Part shown: positions 40,800-48,142 of the stretch, one piece after another
How positions within the stretch are numbered: position 1 is the first letter of the stretch
How the letters are laid out: each line of letters begins with the position of its first letter
DNA from: Azolla caroliniana
Taxonomy: Eukaryota; Plantae; Polypodiophyta
Assembly: GCA_043228905.1 (NCBI GenBank)
Contig: JBHGNT010000229.1
Span: 1 to 48,142 of the forward strand
Direction: 5' to 3'
Length of the DNA stretch: 48,142 nucleotides
Position numbers and translations under genes: made by a program
Notes under the pieces: model-generated
What the model was told of the DNA's origin: nothing
What the model saw: the letters and a program-made list of their open reading frames with translations, nothing else
The model's database searches: none

Positions 40800-43700
40800 A
40801 GCTATGATATGGAATTAAAAAATCAAGATTTTGAAACTCAGGTCGAGAGACATGACGAAATTAGCAAATTTGAGGAGGGAGTGGAGAGGAGCCCTTGAGT
40901 AAATTAAAATGTTCATACCTGGCTCCTGTGCTATCGGATTTATGTGTCAAACATGCGAATCGAAGCTAACAACGCTAGCTATGATATGGAGTTTAAAAAT
41001 CCAGATTTTGAAACTCAGGTGCAGAGACATGACGAAATTATCAAACTCGAGGAAGGAGTTGAGAAGAGCTAGTAGGTAAATTAAAATGTTCATACCTGGC
41101 TCGTGTGATATCGGATTTTTGTGTTCAAACATGCGAATCGAGGCTAACAACGCTACCTATGATATGGAATTAAAAAAACAAAATTTTGAAACTCAAGTCG
41201 AGAGACATGACGAAATTACCAAATTTGAGGAGTGAGGTTAGAAGAGCTAGGAGGTAAATTTAAATGTTCATACCTGGTTCGTGTCATATCGGATTTATGT
41301 GTTCAAACATGCGAATCGAAGCTAACAACGCTAGCTATGATATGGAATTAAAAAATCAAGATTTTGAAACTCAGGTCGAGAGACATGACAAAATTAGCAA
41401 ACTTGAGGAGGGAGTTGAGAGGAGCCCTTGAGTAAATTAAAATGTTCATACCTGGCTCGTGTGATATCGGATTTTTGTGTTCAAACATGCGAATCGAAGC
41501 TAACAACACTAGCTATGATATGGAATTAAAAAATCAAGATTTTGAAACTCAGGTCGAGAGACATGACGAAAATAGCAAACTTGAGGAGGGAGTTGAGAGG
41601 AGCCCTTGAGTAAATTAAACTGTTCATACCTGGCTCGTGTGATATCGGATTTTTGTGTTCAAACATGCAAATCAAAGCTAACAACGCTAGCTATGATATG
41701 GAATTAAAAAATCAAGATTTTGAAACTCAGGTCGAGAGACATGACGAAAATAGCAAACTTGAGGAGGGAGTTGAGAGGAGCCCTTGAGTAATTTAAACTG
41801 GTCATACCTGGCTTGTGTGATATCGGATTTTTGTGTTCAAGCATGCGAATCGAAGCTAACAACGCGAGCTATGATATGGAATTAAAAAATCCAGATTTCG
41901 AAACTCAGGTCGAGAGACATGATGAAATTAGCAAACTCGAGGAGGGAGTTGAGAAGAGCTAGTAGGTAAATTAAAATGTTCATACCTGGCTCGTGTGATA
42001 TCGGATTCTTGTGTTCAAACATGCGAATCGAAGCTAACAATGCTAGCTATGATATGGAATTAGAAAAATCAAGATTTTGAAACTCAGGTCGAGAGACATG
42101 ACGAAATTAGCAAACTTGAGGAGGGAGTTGAGAAGAGCTTGTAGGTAAATTAAAATATTCATACCTGGCTCGTGTCATATCGGATTTATGTGTTCAAACA
42201 TGCGAGTCGAAGCTAACAACGCTAGCTATGATATGCAATTAAAAAATCAAGATTTTAAAACTCAGGTTGAGAGACATGACGAAATTAGAAAACTTGAGGA
42301 GGGAGTTGAGAGGAGCCCTTGAGTAAATTAAAAGGTTCATACCTGGCTCGTATGATATCGGATTTTTGTGTTCAAACATGCGAATCGAAGCTAACAATGC
42401 TAGCTATGATATGGAATTTAAAAATCGAGATTTTGAAACTCAGGTCGAGAGACATGACGAAATTACCAAATTCGAGGAGGGAGTTGAGAAAAGCTACGAG
42501 GTAAATTAAAATGTTCATACCTGGCTCCTGTGATATCGGATTTACGTGTTGAAACATGCGAATCGAAGCTAACAACGCTAGCTATGATATGGAATTAAAA
42601 AATCAAGATTTTGAAACTCAGGTCGAGAGACATGACGAAATTAGCAAACTTGAGGAGGGAGTTGAGAGGAGCCCTTGAGTAAATTAAAATGTTCATACCT
42701 GGCTCGTGTGATATCGGATTTTTGTGTTCAAACATGCCAATCGAAGCTAACAACGCTAGTTGTGATATGGAATTCAAAAATCAAGATTTTGAAACTCAGG
42801 TCGAGAGAAATGACGAAATTACCAAATTTGAGGAGGGAGTTGAGAAGAGCTAGGAGGTAAATTTAAATGTTCATACCTGGTTCGTGTCATATCGGATTTA
42901 TGTGTTCAAACATGCGAATCAAAGCTAACAACGCTAGCTATGATAGCGAATTAAAAAATCAAGACTTTGAAAGTCAGGTCGAGAGACATGACGAAATTAG
43001 CAAGCTTGAGGAGGGAGTTGAGAGGAGCCCTTGAGTAAATTAGAATGTTCATACCTGGTTCCTGTGATATCGGATTTTTGTGTTCAAACATGCGAATCGA
43101 AGGTAACAACGCTAGCTATGATATGGAATAAAAAAATCAAGATTTTGAAAACTCAGGTCGAGAAACATGACGAAAATAGCAAACTTGAGGAGGGAGTTGA
43201 GAGGAGCCCTTGAGTAAATTAAAATGTTCATACCTGGCTCCTGTGATATCGGATTTTTGTGTTCAAACATGCGAATCGAAGGTAACAACGCTACCTATGA
43301 TATGGAATTAAAAAATCAAGATTTCGAAACTCAGGTCGAGAGACATGACAAATTACCAAATTGGAGGGGGGAGTTGAGAAAAGCTATTAGGTAAATTAAA
43401 ATGTTCATACCTGGATCGTGTCATATCGGATTTATGTGTTCAAACATGCGAATCGAAGCTAACAACGCTAGCTATGATATGGAATTAAAAAATCAAGATT
43501 TTGAAACTCAGGTCGAGAGACATGACGAAATTAGCAAACTTGAGGAGGGACTTGAGAGGAGCCCTTCAGTAAATTAAAATGTTCATACCTGGCTCGTGTG
43601 ATATCGGATTTTTGTATCGAAGCTAACAACGCTAGCTATGATATGGAATTAAAAAATCAAGATTTTGAAACTCAGGTCGAGAGACATGACGAAATTAGCA

Positions 43701-46700
43701 AACTTGAGGAGGGAGTGGAGAGGAGCCCTTGAGTAAATTAAAATGTTCATACCTGGCTCCTGTGCTATCGGATTTATGTGTCAAACATGCGAATCGAAGC
43801 TAACAACGCTAGCTATGATATGGAGTTTAAAAATCCAGATTTTGAAACTCAGGTCTAGAGACATGACGAAATTATCAAACTCGAGGAAGGAGTTGAGAAG
43901 AGCTAGTAGGTAAATTAAAATGTTCATACCTGCCTCCTGTGATATCGGATTTTTGTGTTCAAACATGCGAATCGAGGTTAACAACGCTACCTATGATATG
44001 GAATTAAAAAAACAAAATTTTTAAACTCAAGTCGAGAAACATGACGAAATTATCAAATTTGAGGAGTGAGGTTAGAAGAGCTAGGAGGTAAATTTAAATG
44101 TTCATACCTGGTTCGTGTCATATCGGATTTATGTGTTCAAACATGCGAATCGAAGCTAACAACGCTAGCTATGATATGGAATTAAAAAATCAAGATTTTG
44201 AAACTCAGGTCGAGAGACATGACAAAATTAGCAAACTTGAGGAGGGAGTTGAGAAGAGCTAGTAGGTAAATTAAAATGTTCATACCTGGCTCGTGTGATA
44301 TCGGATTTTTGTGTTCAAACATGCGAATCGAAGCTAACAACACTAGCTATGATATGGAATTAAAAAATCAAGATTTTGAAACTCAGGTCGAGAGACATGA
44401 CGAAAATAGCAAACTTGAGGAGGGAGTTGAGAGGAGCCCTTGAGTAAATTAAACTGTTCATACCTGGCTCGTGTGATATCGGATTTTTGTGTTCAAACAT
44501 GCAAATCAAAGCTAACAACGCTAGCTATGATATGGAATTAAAAAATCAAGATTTTGAAACTCAGGTCGAGAGACATGACGAAAATAGCAAACTTGAGGAG
44601 GGAGTTGAGAGGAGCCCTTGAGTAATTTAAACTGGTCATACCTGGCTTGTGTGATATCGGATTTTTGTGTTCAAGCATGCGAATCGAAGCTAACAACGCG
44701 AGCTATGATATGGAATTAAAAAATCCAGATTTCGAAACTCAGGTCGAGAGACATGATGAAATTAGCAAACTCGAGGAGGGAGTTGAGAAGAGCTAGTAGG
44801 TAAATTAAAATGTTCATACCTGGCTCGTGTGATATCGGATTCTTGTGTTCAAACATGCGAATCGAAGCTAACAATGCTAGCTATGATATGGAATTAGAAA
44901 AATCAAGATTTTGAAACTCAGGTCGAGAGACATGACGAAATTAGCAAACTTGAGGAGGGAGTTGAGAAGAGCTAGTAGGTAAATTAAAATATTCATACCT
45001 GGCTCGTGTCATATCGGATTTATCTGTTCAAACATGCGAGTCGAAGCTAACAACGCTAGCTATGATATGGAATTAAAAAATCAAGATTTTAAAACTCAGG
45101 TTGAGAGACATGACGAAATTAGAAAACTTGAGGAGGGAGTTGAGAGGAGCCCTTGAGTAAATTAAAAGGTTCATACCTTGCTCGTATGATATCGGATTTT
45201 TGTGTTCAAACATGCGAATCGAAGCTAACAATGCTAGCTATGATATGGAATTTAAAAATCGAGATTTTGAGACTCAGGTCGAGAGACATGACGAAATTAC
45301 CAAATTCGAGGAGGGAGTTGAGAAAAGCTACGAGGTAAATTAAAATGTTCATACCTGGCTCCTGTGATATCGGATTTACGTGTTGAAACATGCAAATCGA
45401 AGCTAACAACGCTAGCTATGATATGGAATTAAAAAATCAAGATTTTGAAACTCAGGTCGAGAGACATGACGAAATTAGCAAACTTGAGGAGGGAGTTGAG
45501 AGGAGCCCTTGAGTAAATTAAAATGTTCATACCTGGATCGTGTGATAGCAGATTTTTGTGTTCAAACATGCCAATCGAAGCTAACAACGCTAGCTGTGAT
45601 ATGGAATTAAGAAATCAAGATTTTGAAACTCAGGTCAAGAGAAATGACGAAATTACCAAATTGGAGGAGGGAGTTGAGAAGAGCTAGGAGGTAAATTTAA
45701 ATGTTCATACTTGGTTCGTGTCATATCGGATTTATGTGTTCAAACATGCGAATCGAAGGTAACAACGCTAGCTATGATATGGAATTAAAAAATCAAGATT
45801 TTGAAACTCAGGTCGAGAGACATGACGAAATCAGCAAACTCGAGGAAGGAGTTGAGAAGAGCTACTAGGTGATATCGGATTTTTGTGTTCAAACATGCGA
45901 ATCGAAGCTAACAATGCTAACTATTATATGGATTTCAAAAATCAAGATTTTGAAACTCAGGTCGAGAGAAATGACGAAATTAGCAAACTTGAGGAGGGAG
46001 TTGAGAGGAGCCCTTGAGTAAATTCAAATGTTCATACCTGGGTCGTGTTATATCGGATTTTTATGTTCAAACGTGCGAATCGAAGCTAACAACGCTAGCT
46101 ATGATATGGAATTTAAAAATCAAGATTTTGAAACTCAGGTCGAGAGACATGATGAAATTAGCAAACTCGAGAAGGTAATTGAGAAGAGCGAGAAGGTAAA
46201 TTAAAATGTTCATACCTGGTTCGTGTCATATCGGATTTATGTGTTCAAACATGCGAATCGAAGCTAACAACGCTAGCTATGATATGGAATTAAAAAATCA
46301 AGATTTTGAAACTCAGGTCGAGAGACATGACGAAATTACCAAATTGGAGGAGGGAGTTGAGAAGAGCTAGGAGGTAAATTTAAATGTTCATACTTGGTTC
46401 GTGTCATATCGGATTTATGTGTTCAAACATGCGAATCGAAGGTAACAACGCTAGCTATGATATGGAATTAAAAAATCAAGATTTTGAAACTCAGGTCGAG
46501 AGACATGACGAGAATAGCAAACTTGAGGAGGGAGATGAGAGGAGCCCTTGAGTAAATTAAAATGTTCATACCTGGCTCGTGTGATATCGGATTTTTGTGT
46601 TCAAACCTGCCAATCGAAGCTAACAACGCTAGTTGTGATATGGAATTCAAAAATCAAGATTTTGAAACTCAGGTCGAGAGAAATGACGAAATTACCAAAT

Positions 46701-47520
46701 TGGAGGAGGGAGTTGAGAAGAGCTAGGAGGTAAATTTAAATGTTCATACCTGGTTCGTGTCATATCGGATTTATGTGTTCAAACATGCGAATCGAAGCTA
46801 ACAACGCTAGCTATGATAGCGAATTAAAAAATCAAGACTTTGAAAGTCAGGTCGAGAGACATGACGAAATTAGCAAACTTGAGGAGGGAGTTGAGAGAAG
46901 CCCTTGAGTAAATTAAAATGTTCATACCTGGCTCCTGTGATATCGGATTTTTGTGTTCAAACATGCGAATCGAAGGTAACAACGCTAGCTATGATATGCA
47001 ATTAAAAAATCAAGATTTTGAAACTCAGGTCGAGAAACATGACGAAAATAGCAAACTTGAGGAGGGAATTGAGAGGAGCCCTTGAGTAAATTAAAATGTT
47101 CATACCTGGCTCCTGTGATATCGGATTTTTGTGTTCAAACATGCGAATCGAAGCTAACAACGCTAGCTATGATATGGAATTAAAAAATCAATATTTTGAA
47201 ACTCAGGTCGAGAGACATGACAAATTACCAAATTGGAGGAGGGAGTTGAGAAAAGCTATTAGGTAAATTAAAATGTTCATACCTAGATCGTGTCATATCG
47301 GATTTATGTGTTCAAACATGCGAATCGAAGCTAACAACGCTAGCTATGATATGGAATTAAAAAATCAAGATTTTGAAACTCAGGTCGAGAGACATGACGA
47401 AATTAGCAAACTTGAGGAGGGACTTGAGAGGAGCCCTTCAGTAAATGAAAATGTTCATACCTGGCTCGTGTGATATCGGATTTTTGTATCGAAGCTAACA
47501 ACGCTAGCTATGATATCGAA
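40800..47520 (+). repeat. Older, more diverged duplication: 16-mer (2834 bp) followed by a 22-mer copy
   Basis: ORFs 40947/43781 and 42319/45153 are offset by 2834. Later markers (42675/46548; 14-bp deletion near 43615/47487) are offset by about 3873, i.e. 1039 bp more (6x178-29). Confidence 0.8.
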
Positions 47521-48142
47521 TTGGAGGAGGGAGTTGAGAAGAGCTAGGAGGTAAATTTAAATGTTCATACCTGGTTCGTGTCATATCGGATTTATGTGTT
47601 CAAACATGCGAATCGAAGCTAACAACGCTAGCTATGATAGCGAATTAAAAAATCAAGACTTTGAAAGTCAGGTCGAGAGACATGACGAAATTAGCAAACT
47701 TGAGGAGGGAGTTGAGAGGAGCCCTTGAGTAAATTAAAATGTTCATACCTGGCTCCTGTGATATCGGATTTTTGTGTTCAAACATGCGAATCGAAGGTAA
47801 AAACGCTAGCTATGATATGGAATTAAAAAATCAAGATTTTGAAACTCAGGTCGAGAGACATGACAAAATTAGCAAACTTGAGGAGGGAGTTGAGAGGAGC
47901 CCTTGAGTAAATTAAAATGTTCATACCTGGCTCGTGTGATATCGGATTTTTGTGTTAAAACATGCGAATCGAAGCTAACAACACTAGCTATGATATGGAA
48001 TTAAAAAATCAAGATTTTGAAACTCAGATCGAGAGACATGACAAATTAGCAAACTTGAGGAGGGAGTTGAGAGGAGCCCTTCAGTAAATTAAAATGTTCA
48101 TACCTAGCTCGTGTGATATCGGATTTTTGTGTTCAAACATGC

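Larger units (their letters stand above)
1..48142 (+). repeat. Tandem satellite array, 178-bp monomer, head-to-tail, running off both window edges; candidate (peri)centromeric satellite
   Basis: The same motif recurs every 178 bp throughout (equivalent ORF starts 3964/4142, 35913/36091, 39293/39471 are 178 apart). My consensus counts to 178 nt. No non-satellite sequence or strand switch seen. The centromeric role is inference only. Confidence 0.99.

Noticed and set aside
985-47473. About 75 short ORFs (60-79 aa) on both strands
   Set aside because: All are translations of the same monomer, opened or closed by single SNPs. They occur in several frames and both strands, many use non-ATG starts, and none has a recognisable domain.
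1-48142. CRISPR array or other prokaryotic repeat-spacer system
   Set aside because: There are no unique spacers: the whole 178-bp unit repeats, and no cas or other genes are present.
1-48142. Identity with Arabidopsis thaliana CEN178 or primate alpha satellite
   Set aside because: Only the length is similar. I see none of their characteristic sequence from memory; BLAST would be needed to exclude distant homology.
1-48142. Embedded transposon, inversion, telomeric repeat or 5S/tRNA gene array
   Set aside because: Reading end to end I found no non-satellite segment, no reverse-orientation monomer, no telomere motif runs and no recognisable structured-RNA sequence.

Overview
The whole 48,142-bp window is one uninterrupted, single-orientation tandem array of a 178-bp satellite, roughly 270-275 monomers with a consensus of about 39% GC. 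Hand-derived consensus: CCTTGAGTAAATTAAAATGTTCATACCTGGCTCGTGTGATATCGGATTTTTGTGTTCAAACATGCGAATCGAAGCTAACAACGCTAGCTATGATATGGAATTAAAAAATCAAGATTTTGAAACTCAGGTCGAGAGACATGACGAAATTAGCAAACTTGAGGAGGGAGTTGAGAGGAGC. I see no genes, RNA genes, transposon insertions or inversions; all listed ORFs are read-throughs of the monomer. Monomer length and organisation resemble eukaryotic (peri)centromeric satellite, possibly from a plant (inference); I do not recognise the family. The notable structure is internal. There is a patchwork of higher-order repeat (HOR) domains (about 11-mer, 20-mer with a nested 6-mer, 5-mer, 7-mer, 4-mer, a second 11-mer, and 16/22-mer). There are also two monomer subtypes, microhomology-flanked deletions (one arising twice independently at the same breakpoints), an apparent gene-conversion patch, and a CG/CHG transition signature. 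I found no protein-coding system. All counts were made by eye and by coordinate arithmetic, not computed alignments.
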